Below, piece after piece: positions 1 to 13,170 of a stretch of 64,000 bases of DNA. Position 1 is the first letter of the stretch; the number at the start of each line of letters is the position of its first letter. This stretch comes from Xylographa opegraphella (lineage: Eukaryota). The stretch covers positions 1 to 64,000 of the forward strand of contig JALDZX010000057.1 of the NCBI GenBank assembly GCA_022813865.1, read 5' to 3'. The notes below the pieces were generated by a model that made no database searches, was not told the DNA's origin, and saw only the letters and a list, made by a program, of their open reading frames with translations. A program made the position numbers and the translations under genes.

Positions 1-214
1 ATTGACGAATCCAACCCAGATCCCTAATCGAACTATACTAGTGAGAGGCAGGATCGTAACACCACGAACCTGACAAATACTTTATTATATGCTTGAACGT
101 AATGAGCGTTGTGGTTAATGATAATACTATGTGAACATAACTTTTTGGGGATCGAATCGATCCTGAGTGGTGGACATGAAGCAATGAGCAGATTGATTGC
201 TGGAGTTTTATAAT

Positions 215-1974
215 TCATTTCATGTTGCCTGGATTATTAAAACTACTGTGTACGCCCCAGCCATTTTTCAGCAAGTCGCCAACCTCTTCGAGACTTAACC
301 CTTTCGTTTCGGGATAAATCCTCCAGATGCAGAGCCACCCGAGGACGCAGACAATTGCATACGTAACAAAAGTCCATACCGGGGTCAGGACTTGCATCAT
401 GGGCAGGAAAGTCAGACCAACTATGAAATTGGTTCCCCAATTAGTCGAAGTTGCTATCCCCGAGCCCATTGCACGTACAGACAAACGGAAGAGCTCAGAC
501 TGTTGCCATGGAACATTGCCCAAACCAATAGCGTACCCAGCGACGTATAGAATGATAAAGAACAGAATGAGCACAGACCAGACCCCAGTGTGCGATGCAG
601 AAGACAGAATTTCACTCTTCTTGATGGCATCAGGTAAGAAATGAAATGCAACTGCAGTGAGGAGCAGACCAAGGATCATGATGGGTATCGAATGCAGAAG
701 GATACGGCGCCGGCCAATAGTATCTATCAGCAATATCGCTGCCACCGTGAAAATGCAGTTCGTCACCGCTACGGAGAGAGAAGCCAGAGTTGGCGAGTCG
801 AAGCCAACAAGAGCGAATATCGTTGCCGAGAAATACATGAGAGAATTCTGCGGAGTCAGCTCTGATGCACTAGGGTAGTAAAAGAAAACTCACAAAGCCA
901 CATAGTTGCTGCAAGCCTTGAAGCAAGCAGGCTATCGTCAAAGCGCGCCGATTGCCACCATCTTCTAACAGCCGATGCCAATTGCCTTGAAGACTCTGAA
1001 GCCAGTTCATATCATTTTTGGGCGCCAAATTCTCGGTGTGAAGTACATTTGTAGACTCCTCCTCGTCCAGTATCTCACTGGTAATGGAGCGGATTAACCT
1101 CTCCACGACGGCGTTAGATCCACTTCCGTAAACTTTCCTCAGAACTTCCCTTGCCGTGTTTGCTTGACCGGCTTTCATCAGCCACCTCGGAGTTTCTGGC
1201 AATAGCAAGATAAATGCAGATTGTATAACGGCTGGGACACTTCCAAGCCCGACCATCCATCTCCAGCCATACACTGTGCTCGACAATTCCCAGCCCACAA
1301 TGTAAGCTACCATTTGTCCAACTGTGATGAACAGAATACTCAAAGTCACGAGGCGACCGCGGAAAGCTGAGGGGGACAACTCCGATATATAACTACACAT
1401 GATTAGGCTTCGGTCCTTGACTTTGTAGAATAACCTACATTGGAACAACCAGACTGGCTCCACCGACAGCCAGTCCAACTATACTCCTTCCCAAGATCAT
1501 ACTCCAAACGCTTCGGGAAACCGCCTGCCACACCGCACCAACGACGAATAGCACATCGGCGATAATAATGATACGTTTCCTTCCCAGTCTATCTGCCAGA
1601 ACTCCCGTGATCGGACTTGCGATAAGCGCAAACAGACTGGTACTTGAAGTGATCAGGCTCTTGTCGAGTGTTGTGAGTTGTCTGTGGGAAAGATCTGAGC
1701 CGATTGAGACAAGGGTAGAGGAGATGACTCCTGTACTACTCAGGTGTTAGCACGATAATCATGCAGGTGGAGATAATGGGGAAACCGACTCATAACCAAA
1801 GAGAAACCCACTGATACCTGCCGCAACTGTGAGAGCCCAGATAAATCCTGTCGGCCTCCCTTGCTGCTCGAAAGCTGATTCAACACTGCTGGTGGATTGC
1901 AGGCTCCTCGAGGTTATGTTATCATCGATGTCAGCCGCTATTAGCGGCTCATGAACAGTGCTGTCATCGGCCAT
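215..1974 (-). CDS. ITR1: MFS sugar/myo-inositol transporter (ITR family), 4 exons
   Basis: Spliced ORFs give GFLFGYDTGVIS, YISELSPSAFRGRLV, LPETPRWL, QQLCGFNSLMYFS, GRRRILL and PETKGLSLEE, all sugar-porter motifs. GT-AG introns at ~1789-1736, ~1438-1393 and ~892-848. Confidence 0.88.
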
Positions 1975-2257
1975 TTATTTGCAAGGACTAGCTATCCTAC
2001 TCCAATCAAGCAAGTGACCACGATGGCAGAAATCGGCATGTAGCGCCATTCTTCAGATAGATTGAGGGAACGTGCAGAGTACGCGTTCAACAGATATACG
2101 GTAGGAAGTATGCTTGAAGATACCACTTTAAGCCTCGGATTGAAATACGCGAGATGCTAACCGGATCTATGCTGGCTGAGGGCTAAAGTGTTCTCTTGGC
2201 ACACGAGAGTTCGTCACCCATGTTTCCCCACACATCTTCTGATTTCTATTGGCTCCG

Positions 2258-3757
2258 ATGTTTGACAGACTCCGAGAATTTGCGAGGAGTTTTTTTGGAC
2301 GACAAGTTACGATATCAACCAAATCGTCCTCGGTAATTACAGTAGTGGAGCGGACCTCCCAAATAGAGCGAGCCTTGAACGCAAGTCAAGACATGATCTC
2401 GACAAGGGCCCAGGATCATGGATCGGGAGAAGCTGTGGTGAAAGAGGAAATGGATGAGCTGAAAAATGGCAAGAGGAAGAGCTGTCATAACGAGGAATGG
2501 GCCGAGGAGGAAGCTACGAAGCGGCAAAGGTTAAGCCAAGATAGAGAAGTGGAAAACAGGATTGATGTGCCGTCTCCGCCACAGAACATGGGTGACGATT
2601 TCGGAAGTCAGAGCAGTGAAGGACTCCTGCAACTCTCGGAACAATCCACCGTCACATCTCAATCAACATTAATTGACACAACTGTCCCACTAAGTGACCA
2701 CATTTCCAAAACACAACCACTATCACTACTGAATAGCGACGAGCTGAGTGTCACTAACAAACCACTGGATAACTGTGTTGATGATACACGAACAGCCGCT
2801 CCATCACAAAACGAGGATAGTAAGACAACCGACCGGAGCAATCAGGGGAAGAGGAGGAGGAAAAGCAGCGAGGTCGCTCATACTCTCAGTAATGGCCATT
2901 CGATGACTGAAGCACCTGCCATACGGATTGATGCCCATGGCAAGGGTAACAAACCTGAGTTGAAAAGAGCCACGCACAAGAGATTTGGAAGCGAAGAAGC
3001 ACTGGTACCACCGAACTTGTCCTCAAACAAACCCATTCAAGATCAGAATATGAACGCAATTGGTACCCACAAGGTTCAACTGGATAGTGAAGACGAAAGT
3101 GAGGATGATTCGCCAGAGGTGGTTACAGTATCCGCAGGTCTCACGCAAGCGCGTACTGCTGCTGCTGAAGCGGCAAGAGCCGCAGAAACGTGAGTGGCTC
3201 TTCTGTTTCACTCTGATGATCATGTTCCCTTACGGTGATACAGGCAGTCACTTGCGTTGAAGGAAAAACGTAGAGCTCGAGATGTCCATCTCAAGGAACA
3301 GGCTGCAACATCCAAACGAGAGCGCCGAAGTCATGGCAAGTATCCTTCTAAGCTTGACGATGCTACATCCACGGTACATGACAGTAATGCGGCAAAGCCC
3401 AATTCAGCCACAGCTAGGAGCAGAAACCCATTCAAACGAACCGAACCACTGCCCGATCTTCTTCCTGCAGAGATTCTTGCCGCTGAACCAGTGGTCCGCC
3501 CTCCAACACCACCGCGCACAGTTACAATAGCCGATCCCAGGAAGCGCAGGTTTCTCGATGCAGATCCTAAACCACTCAAAGACTGGAGGCGGGGCTCAGT
3601 CACAGTCAGGATCCTTGAAGAAAGCAACTCCGCACTTCCGCCACGGTCTTCCGAACTCAGTAAAGGCATAAAGGAAAGATGGCTTGCTGGTCATCGCGGT
3701 CGAAATGATATGGCTTCGCGACGGCTGAAAATGGGAGGTGGTTTTGTAAGGAAATAG
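2258..3757 (+). CDS. Low-complexity nuclear protein with probable U3 snoRNA-associated (Utp16/Bud21-like) C-terminal region, 2 exons
   Basis: ORFs 2249-3193 and 3257-3757 join across a gtgagt...cag intron (~3190-3243). Motifs HKRFGSEE, SEDDSPEVVT, RARDVHLKEQA and LPDLLPAEILAAEP resemble this family from memory. Confidence 0.55.
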
Positions 3758-4179
3758 ATTTTTTCAAAATTCGCTGTGGACCTCACGTCTTGCTTGAGTG
3801 ATATTAGTCTCTGTACAAGAATCAGACCTCTGCTCGGGACCAATGCGGAAACTCTCTCCCAGTCCCATGTTTTCATCCTGCTTCAGCTTTAGCACATTCC
3901 TCTACATTGATCCCTTAGTGCTACAATGGGCACACCCGTGCCCTACTATTGGCCAAGATATCGCGAAATTTCCGAGATTCTTTGCACGTGGTAATGTGAA
4001 GACTACAATCAAGTCCTCGGCTATTTTCCAATTCGCAAAGTCTTTGAATGAGGTACTCCTTTCTCTCTAGCCGCAGAAATCCTCTCGTTGCTCTAAACTA
4101 ATAACGCATATCTACCCAAGAATAATGGTAGCTCTGTGATCGGGTTGTGTATTTACCATATAGAACGTCATATCCGTCA

Positions 4180-5720
4180 AGCTGGAAGAATCAGGTCGGC
4201 CGCCTTCTCAGCAAATGTATACACGGAACTTGCTAGTGGGCAGCAATAGGAACGGGAATAACACTGGCGTCAACAACCCTTGACCTTTTTCACCCCGAAT
4301 ACCGGCAACTCTGTATCTACCACGTTACGCATAGCTGCTGTGCCAGCTGCGTGATAAAGGGTATTGCCAAGGTGGTTAGTCTGGCGTCGAGTCTGGCGTC
4401 GATATCGGACTCACTGGACTCTAGATTTAACGATGGCATTCCTCTAGGTGGCGTCTCGCTGACAACCATCTCTCGGCCGGCGGACTTAGCCAGGAAAAGC
4501 TTCAATGCTTGTCGAATAACTGCCCTCAGGGCAATTCGATCTACTCCAGCTGCATAGTAGTTGGAGTCAATGGGTGGCGACGCATGGGGATCTGCGGACG
4601 TCAACGTGATACTCCCTCGTGAGGTTGGCGCCATTCCTCGGACCGCAGAAGAAATGTGACTGCCATCCATAGGAATATCTTCGCCTGTAATGCCTGCGCC
4701 TGCTGGAGCATATACGATGAAAGTCTCCCTATAACACGCAGCAGGGTCCAAGAGAGGATAAATATCTGTCACCGCTGCACCATCGATTTCCAACTGGCGC
4801 TGGATCTCATCGGACAGTAATGATTCGGTGACGATCCAGTCGCAAAGTAGCCCTAGGAAGAGGGAAGGGCCTGCTCAAAGTCGTGTCCCTAAGGCCTGAC
4901 CAGCTTCGGGATGACGAACTATCTACCACTAGCACAAAGCAATGTAGTCATGGGAATTCTTGCCGACCTCGGGTGATTCATATACTACAGGAACCCGATG
5001 CTTTGCGAGCCCAGCTAAAGAACCAACGCCTAAAAGCATCAACGCCAAAAGGGTTCGTCTTTACGCCTGCAGGTAGAATGACTTCTTTGGGGGCCTGGAG
5101 TGATTGTCCTTCTGCTAATTGAACTTGCCATCACACTCTTCAAACTGAACACAATGCACCATGGTGTCGAATAATACCTACACTCCGTAAAGGTTGTATG
5201 CCTTACTACCGATTTGTCTTTTACTATCGCGCCAGTTCTCGACCATTTCCGCCATCCCGTGCGGTAATCCTAAAATTGCCATCCTACTTATGCGGAACTC
5301 CAATCTCGCTCCAGCGTCGTCTAGGAGCTCCCTGGGTGGGTATCGACGTTCTTAACTACTGAATGACTCTGAGAGTGTATGTATTGAACCATTAACTTTG
5401 TATTGAGACGCATCTGCTTGCTTGTCGTGATATGATCAGTCTCCTGGAAATAGGGGTGAAGGCCTTAGCAACTCCGTCTAAGGTCTCCGACTGTTTCCGC
5501 CCAGCAATCATAATCAATAGCATTTCCCCAGGTCCATGTCCCGTAGTTGGTGGCAGTGCTCCTAGGAAGAGCTTTGCCGGCGCTATTATAAAGATCTGCC
5601 ATTCAGGTGATGTTGAGGGGTGTACGTCTATGCCCAAAGTCTGATCAATGTGCAGAAAAGCAGGCCAGTGGAGGAGACGTAAGTGGGTGATTACTAACGT
5701 CTTCACCGGCTTCAATTATA
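4180..5720 (-). pseudogene. Degraded GMC (glucose-methanol-choline) oxidoreductase
   Basis: Fragments on the minus strand: AGKALPRSTATNYGTWTWGNAIDYDCWAETVGD, followed by in-frame TAA at 5465-5467; PTSRGSITLTSADP; TLYHAAGTAAMRNVVDTEL; RVVDASVIPVPIAAH*Q (TAG at 4233-4235); FAEKAADLI. Several frameshifts are needed to join them. Confidence 0.85.
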
Positions 5721-6907
5721 AGAATCTGTAGTTAAGAGTCCTGTTCGATGAAACGTGAAGCCACCATATAGCCAGCCATGGCGCCGCCAATAATCATGTA
5801 ATGTTGAGACTTTGTGATGTACTCCATTGTTGATACTGCGGTATATAGCAAGAAAAACAATTTCTTGGGTGCAAAAAAAGTCAAAGATGGAGATGCTAAT
5901 GCTTGGTTACAGCCTGGTAGGATGTACCAAAATGCTATTCAGTCTCAGTGCTCGAGAAGTTGGCTGTCAAGCAATACATACTATTCGAGCCTCCATTTCA
6001 CAGCTATCGAACCTCCCACTAGGAGCAGGCGATGTGAAAGACGCTGTCTGATGGGCTGCGGAAAAGCCGGATATTGGCCACAACATCCCAGGCCTTGACC
6101 TTTTCGGAGGTACGGCAGCAGACTAGACCGCCTCAGCTTGAACCACTTGAGCAAAGGCCGCGAAATGGCAATAGTACTGAAACTGCATTAGGGATACTCA
6201 TGGACTCGACGGACTACGAAAGGAGAGAATAGACCAGCTCGCTCATAAAGTTTGGGACATTCTCCGTGAATATCGTGGCACTTGTTCTTTGGTTCATAGA
6301 CGGACCACCATAGAAAGTGACTTCAAAGCGCAATATCCATATCTGCGGCCAGGAAGACGATCACTCTTGTGAGCATTGCAACGCTCTTCGTAGCAGTAAT
6401 TTGATTAGTAGAGTGATACGCTATTATCAACAATATAGGCTTTTATTGCTACTCGGTCGAGGTTGCCTCGATCAAAGACGCGGATTCCATGTCCATGTCC
6501 AGCGTGAAAGCCGCAATAGTGCATTGGTGGTGCCTTGTGAGCCTCTAAAATCTTACCGTCAACAATCGATTGTTCTCCTTGTTCATAGTGGTCCGCATCG
6601 TGTATCCTAGTAGTGCAAGCAAGCTACTTTGTGCAGGCGTAGAATAGTTTAGGTAACTATCGTGCCATCTATGTAGATAGATACCAGAGCTGAGCTAATG
6701 TCTTCAGTTCGCGCTAGTGAGATTTGTGGAGCAAACTCTTGGCTGGCTCGTGAGCTACCGCGTGTAATTCTGATTGTATAAGGCATAGAACATGAGGAAG
6801 CGATGGAAGCATTGCATCTCAATCGCAACGACCAGAGTCTCGCCGGCAGCCCCTACGCCGTATATTCAGCCATTTTCCTAGCGCATAGGGGATAACTCAA
6901 CATCACT

Positions 6908-8691
6908 ATGGCTACCTCCACTACGGAGACAAGTCCTTTGCTCCCTTCACCTCCCGCACAACCTCCTCGACCACAGCGGACCGTGACTTTCGGCCCCGAG
7001 GTTACGATAGCTCCCACACGTACCTCTCCTGCCGGTAATTTAGCTCTCCGACCCGCTACCTCAGCAGTGCCCACCCTCCCAACTCCTCACTATGGACCTG
7101 CTGGCCAGCCCATGCTCTCCGCACTCAATAGCAAGCTTAGAAGACGAAACAGTCATGGCTCTCCGCTTTCGGCTCCACCGATGCTACCATCGACAGCGTC
7201 GAAGATAGGCCCACAGCGGACGACCAAAAATGCGCAGAAGCTCAAACTACTCCCCAATCCGGATCCGGGAGACGACGGACCGGATGAGGAGAGTGGACGG
7301 GATGTGTATTCACAATTTACAAGGATCAAAGACCCGACGGCAAGGAGGGATGCGGCTAGACTTGGGAAAGCTGATAGAGATCGAGTACCCAGGGTGACGG
7401 CATACTGTACCGCCAATACCTACCGATTAGAAGGGCTCATGAAATTTCTCAAAGGAAGGGGAAGGATGAGAGGAGCGAATCCCAAGCAATTCGATGAGTG
7501 CATATATTCACCATACAACTACGAGCGCTCGAAAGCGGACAAGCAAGCAGACCCCTCATACATTGACGGTACACTGAATGGCGAGGCCGGTCTCCTCCCA
7601 CCGCCTATGCGAGAACGAAGACACTCGGATAGTGCCCTGCTTATTGACGAAAACCATGAAACTCGGCGAGAGCAGCTTTTAGACCTGCATACCGAAGCTG
7701 GCGATACCTCGCTCGACAACGGTGAGGGCTCAGTTCCAAATCATATCGTCCCGGAGATGGAGCAACCACAGCCGCCTACGCCGGAGACGCTGGATTTTGA
7801 CACGCAGGTTCACACGCCGGAGGTGTTCCTCTTCGAATATGGTACTGTGGTGATATGGGGCATGACGCTGGCCCAGGAGCAGCGCTTCCTGAAAGACATC
7901 TCGAAATTCGAGACGGAGAAGCTGGCGGAGGACGACGTACAGACCGAAAACTTCAACTTCTACTACACGCGGGAGTATCAGGCGCGGATATACAACGACT
8001 TTATCAGTCTGCGGGAGAAGAAGAACTACATGACCAAGTTGGCCATCAGCCATGCCCTCGCGCAGAGCGTCAAGGCACGTTTATACTCCGACATGACCTC
8101 CTACCTTGCACAACCTCATTCACCCCGATCTATTGATCTATTGTCGTAGTCCGTTCTTCCCGCTTTGAGGTTCCGCTAATCCCATTCCCTGCCCTCACAG
8201 ACTTCCCTCTTCGAAGATCTCCTCTCTACAACAATCACCGCCACGACGCCTCTACCTGCTCTCCTCGCCACCACCGGCAGCATCTCGCTCTCGCGGCTTT
8301 CTATCAATAAGAAGATCGGCGAGCTCTTCATCCTACGTATCAACATCCACCTCCAGGGCTCCGTGCTGGACTCCCCAGAGCTTATGTGGGCGGAGCCGCA
8401 ACTGGCTCCCGTCTACGGCGCCGTGCGCAGCTATCTCGAGATGGATCAGCGGGTTGGCTTGCTGATGGAGCGACTCGACGTGCTGGGCGACCTGCTGGCT
8501 GTGCTGAAGGATCAGGTACGGACGAGCCATGGGGAGTATCTGGAGTGGATAGGTATGTTTGCGGCTGCTTGCGGGTGAGAGGAGCGAGAGGAGTTTAGCT
8601 AATGCGGGTAGCAGTCATCATCCTCATTGCGGCGGAGATCCTGGTGGCCGCAATAAACATTGTAGTCGACCTGTATGCGGGCGTGGATTAG
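6908..8691 (+). CDS. RMD1: Sporulation protein RMD1/Sif2 (DUF155 family), 3 exons
   Basis: RVTAYCTA, EVFLFEYGTVVIWGMT, KLAISHALAQSVK|TSLFEDL, LDSPELMWAEP, YLEMDQRV, GEYLEWI|VIILIAAEI. Introns 8075-8200 (GC-AG) and 8553-8614. Confidence 0.9.
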
Positions 8692-9164
8692 ACCAGCTCA
8701 ATACTGCCGAGACCTACTCCTGTCGAATAGCGCTAGGAGTCACATCGGAGCGGAATGGGGGGCTCTGCATAGTATGTTGGATCAGCAACAGAGCACGGTG
8801 TGCCGTGCCGTGTCCCTGGAAGGCGTGTTAAAGTAGGTCCTTTAGGTATCAGAAGAGAATGTAGATACATTATCAGGACATCAATCCAGCTTGAGTCGAA
8901 CGAAATGCCAACACCTGAATCATAATAATAGCAGGGCTCTCCATTTTGAGTTGGCAGGGCATAGTTTGAATACTGTATCTGCAACAGTCTGATCTGGGTG
9001 CGCAATGCCTGGTACACAACTCAATCAAAGCCAGTGGAACAAAACCAAACACCCATCTGACGATCTTGCGCCAAAACCTCACAACGCAATCGATTTCTCA
9101 AGACCCATCCGCGAATTCTGCATTCCCCATTCTGTCCGCTGAGTTCAAACCCCCAAGCAATTCA

Positions 9165-10242
9165 CTATGAGTTCACGGCTGTAAACCCTCCACTCTCCCT
9201 CTCGCCCGCCTCCTCCATCTTCACATCGTCGCCATCGTCCTCATCCTCTTCCGCATCCCCACCCCTCAACTGTACCTCCATCCCTCTCACCACCTCCTCC
9301 CACCCACGCATCTCATGCCCATATACCTGCATCAGCTCGTCATACCTGCGTTCCCAGTGTTCTCGATCATGCGGTGCAAGCCGTTGCCAGCAGTTGAGCG
9401 CGTATGGAGCTAATTCCTCCTCTGGCAAGTTCGCAGGGTGATTCTGTGGGTTGGTTGGAAGCTCGACGTTGATCATGTGCGTAATAAAAAGATCCACTGG
9501 TGGGGGAGGCCGTGGCGGTTGCGGCGGGAGCACAAGTATTGGCTGAGAAGGCGAGGTAAATCCATTTGGCGGTGGGTGTGCGAGCATTCCAGGCTGGTCG
9601 ATACGGAGCGGATTGGAAGTGGAACCATTGGCGTGCAAGAAAGGACTGGGACCCGGGTGGGGGGCTATGGGCGTGGAGAAAGAGGAGTGTGACTGAAGCT
9701 GCGAAGGCGTAGGGAGTGGGGGAAGCGGGCGGTGGGTGGATGTTGAGCGGGGAGATGGAGCCGGGCGACGGTGGCCTCGTTTGGAGCGGAGAGGCTTTTC
9801 TTGAGGCTGACGGAAGTGAACAACTCATGTCAGAAATCAGATAACCAGTATTGAGATCGCGATGCTGGAGTCTAACTTACAGTAGGAGGGCCCTCGCTGC
9901 TAGCTTCGCTCTCGTCGTCATACACACCATTCGTACCATCGCCGCCATGTTTTCGCATACGTTTACCGAGAGTCTCAAGCAAGATTGCACGTTCGAGTCG
10001 CATTTTGCGTATGCCACGAATCAGGCGCGCTTTGCGAAGTCGATAGGCGTCATTATTTTCTTCGACTTCGTTCATTCGCCGTTTAAGCTGGATACATTTC
10101 TTCCGGTAGGCTTCTTCAACAGTCGGAGGTAGTGTTGGTGGAGTACGGGCTGCGGATGTTCGGTGGTCAGTCAATAATCTGCCAGAATCGAAGCTTAAAA
10201 AGCACAGCCTTGAGACTGAATATCAAGAGGGACAAAGGTCAT
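9165..10242 (-). CDS. INO80 complex subunit with coiled coil and degenerate HMG box (Nhp10/Nht1-like)
   Basis: LPPTVEEAYRKKCIQLKRR...MRLERAILLE, then PQEKPLRSKRGHRR after an intron. C-terminal HMG-like helix CWQRLAPHDREHWERRY and GGFTAVN end. The first exon and start codon are uncertain. Confidence 0.7.
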
Positions 10243-11372
10243 TTTTGCCAAAGACCAGCGTGTCTCAACCGGTTCTTCGGTATATAGTGCAATCAATGTG
10301 TCTGATCTCTGAGGAGCCGTTTTCCAGCGGAAGTATTTTGCGTCCATCAATTTCCTTTGAGTGGCTGAATTGATGCAATAACTTTGATTACAAATTTGAT
10401 TGTACAATCAGAGAATCGTCTGCTCAATGATTGGTATAGGTGAAATCCCTCGGTTAAGAGCAATCTCCAGGCCGCGACCTCCAGGTACAGCCCAGCAAGA
10501 TTTTCTCCCTGGAACTAGAGCCTATATAGTCCGAGTTCTAAGATGGTAGAATGAGTTTGGACGCCATAAGAGCGACCTTGGCGCAGGATACCAGAATACT
10601 CAATATTACGGCGCATGTCCAGACGGAAGCAAGCATATGACTCAAGATTCGCGCTCTAACCAAGATCCGGGCTTCCCAAAGGTAATTTGGCGATCAATGT
10701 ATTGTAATGGAACGGCGGCCATAGCCTCACTCCAAGAGAAGATATCGGCCAGGTGTCGGTTGCTGAATCGGGAACATTGATCTGGGATCCTGACAGATGG
10801 CCAATGCAGCGTGTGGTCATTAAGTTACAGATGTGTAAAACAAATGAAGTGTTTCACTTACGTGGATTCGATTCTTTGGGAGGCACCATCATAAATCCTC
10901 CCCAGCGGTGACTCGAAGTCGACGGTTGCAGTACGAGTACGTGTACAGGCGCCCGATGTCACTATTTCGGACGCAGAAAACACATTGATTATATGGACAA
11001 GATTATAAGATGAGAGTTTCGTTGGCCAATGAGTCACACCGAGTCTCGTAGGTCGATAGATCCAGTGAAGCTTGATCGACGGTAAGGAAGACGTGAAGTG
11101 AGGTTGAGATTCCTGGACTAACCAGCCCTTGATTACCGCGTTGCCGCTTAGCGCGAATACGACGATGGAAATGCTTGGCATAAGTTGACGATCTCGAGGC
11201 CTCAATAATATGCTTGAGCATTAGCGCAAATGGGTATTTAGCCGTGCCAGCCTCGGCCTTTTAGTACCCACTATATACCAATGATCCGATCGAATCGTGT
11301 CTTAGACACTCTATCCACTCTACAGTTGACGCTGAAATGCAAAAGGACCGGAGCGATCGACATCGCTCTCGT

Positions 11373-13170
11373 TCAAGCGGTCATTTTACCAGCTCTACCT
11401 CCACTGCCACGACCTCGTGTACCACGACCTCCGCCTCGACCCATACCTGTTCCGCCTCTTCCCCCACCAATACCTCCGCCTCCTCCACCATGACCTCCAC
11501 CACCATGACCTCCCGCCTGTTTCTTGACTGCTCCTGCATCCTGCGGCTTGAGGACCCGACGACCTCCACGGCCGCTGGGTCGCGATCTTGAGTTTGCAAA
11601 TCCACTTCCGTCGTTTGCATTACTGCCACTCGCATAGGTAAAGCCAGGCACCCCTTTAAGCCCCATTTTGCCGATTGTTTTCTTCTCCATCGGTGGTGGC
11701 TCAGGACAGTACATGCCCTGCACGGCCATCTCATTTGCCATCTGCACTAGATCCGCCTTGTCCATGCGTAACGGTTTTAGAAAGCCCGACCCAGCAAAGA
11801 AGCCGAGGAAGGAGGAATACGCGCGCTGCTTCACGTTCTCGTCGATTTGATACATGGCTTGCTCGATCGTAGGCGCATAGTTAGTGGCGTCACTGAAAAT
11901 TTGCTGGGTGTCGCAATGGAGCTGAATGGGTAATTGAGGGTTTCTAGCGAGAAAAAAAGACTCCGCTTGGTTCAGAATGATGACGGCGCGGCCATCATTA
12001 CCTGCGCGAGCTGTACGACCCACTCTGTGTACGTACTGTTCCCCATTCGAAGGTAATCCAACTTGAACAACAAGATCCACATTAGGGAAGTCCATTCCAC
12101 GACCGATGACGTCCGAAGCAAACATCAGGCCTGACTCTGCCGCTTTGAACTCATCTGTCGTCCGTGTCCGAACATTCTGGCTTAGCCGAGAGTGAAGTTC
12201 GTAGACTCTCAGATTGGTCAAAGCCTGCTCAAAGAGTCTGGCGTAAAGGGCAACCATGTTTGCAGTGACCCCAAAGACCACAATCTTAGAATTGGTTTTT
12301 GACTCGCTTGTGAGAAGCGAAGCTAACGTTGTAAAAGTGTCTTTTACAGAGGGTATAAGAATATAATACTGGGGAACTTTAGCAATAGTCGGTGGCTCGT
12401 TCTTGTCGATGGTAGAAAGGCTTTTGTATCCGGGCCGAAGTACGATATTAATCACATCTTTGATCTTTGTGGGAATCGTGGCGGAGAAGCACATCCCTTG
12501 CCACCCCGAGGTCTTTGGGGGGAGCAACTTAAGAATCTCGGTCACATCGGCTAGAAAGCCTGATTCGAGCATTGTGTCTGCCTCATCGAGGATAACCGTA
12601 CGAATTTCTCGGAGCTTAGCAGCAACCCTGCCATCGGACAGATAGTCTTTCAGGCGTCCAGGAGTAGCGACCAGTACCGAGGGCAAGCCGTTCATAAACC
12701 TGTTGAGGTTAGCGGTACGAGCGGTCCTTGTGAAAGTCAGCTTACACGACTCATGTAGCGATCGTGAGGGGGGACAAATCTCCAAAAGCCGTATGGCATT
12801 CTATCGCCTTTGATAGCTGCGAGGTCAACTGATCACATTCCTTGGCAATCTGTAGGGCAAGCTCGCGTGTAGGAGAGATGATGAGGATCCCGACGTGCCC
12901 TCTTGGCAGTGGGTCCGACGTGATCAGCGAATGTAGGGCGGGAAGAAGGAAAGCAGCTGTTTTCCCAGTGCCCGTCTTTGCTTGGACAAGACAGTCAGTT
13001 CTAAAGCTTGGAAGCTCGGACAAAACTTTGGTCTGAACAGGAGTCATATACTTGAATCCCATTACATCTAGAGCTTTCAGAAGCTGCGGATGGAGCTTGC
13101 CAGCCATACTACTATATGGCTGTGCGTTACTTTCTCCAAGAGAGGCGGTTGAGTAGATTGCATCCGTCAT
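11373..13170 (-). CDS. DEAD-box ATP-dependent RNA helicase (Mss116/CYT-19-related) with Gly/Arg-rich tail, 2 exons
   Basis: Q motif GFKYMTPVQ, AKTGTGKT, SPTRELA, TPGRL, DEAD, SAT, GRGMDF, HRVGRTAR and an RGG tail. One ~50-nt intron at ~12779-12728. Confidence 0.92.

Noticed and set aside
5800..6700. Short ORFs between the GMC pseudogene and RMD1 as a transposon or gene relic
   Set aside because: No terminal repeats, transposase/RT motifs or recognisable protein similarity.
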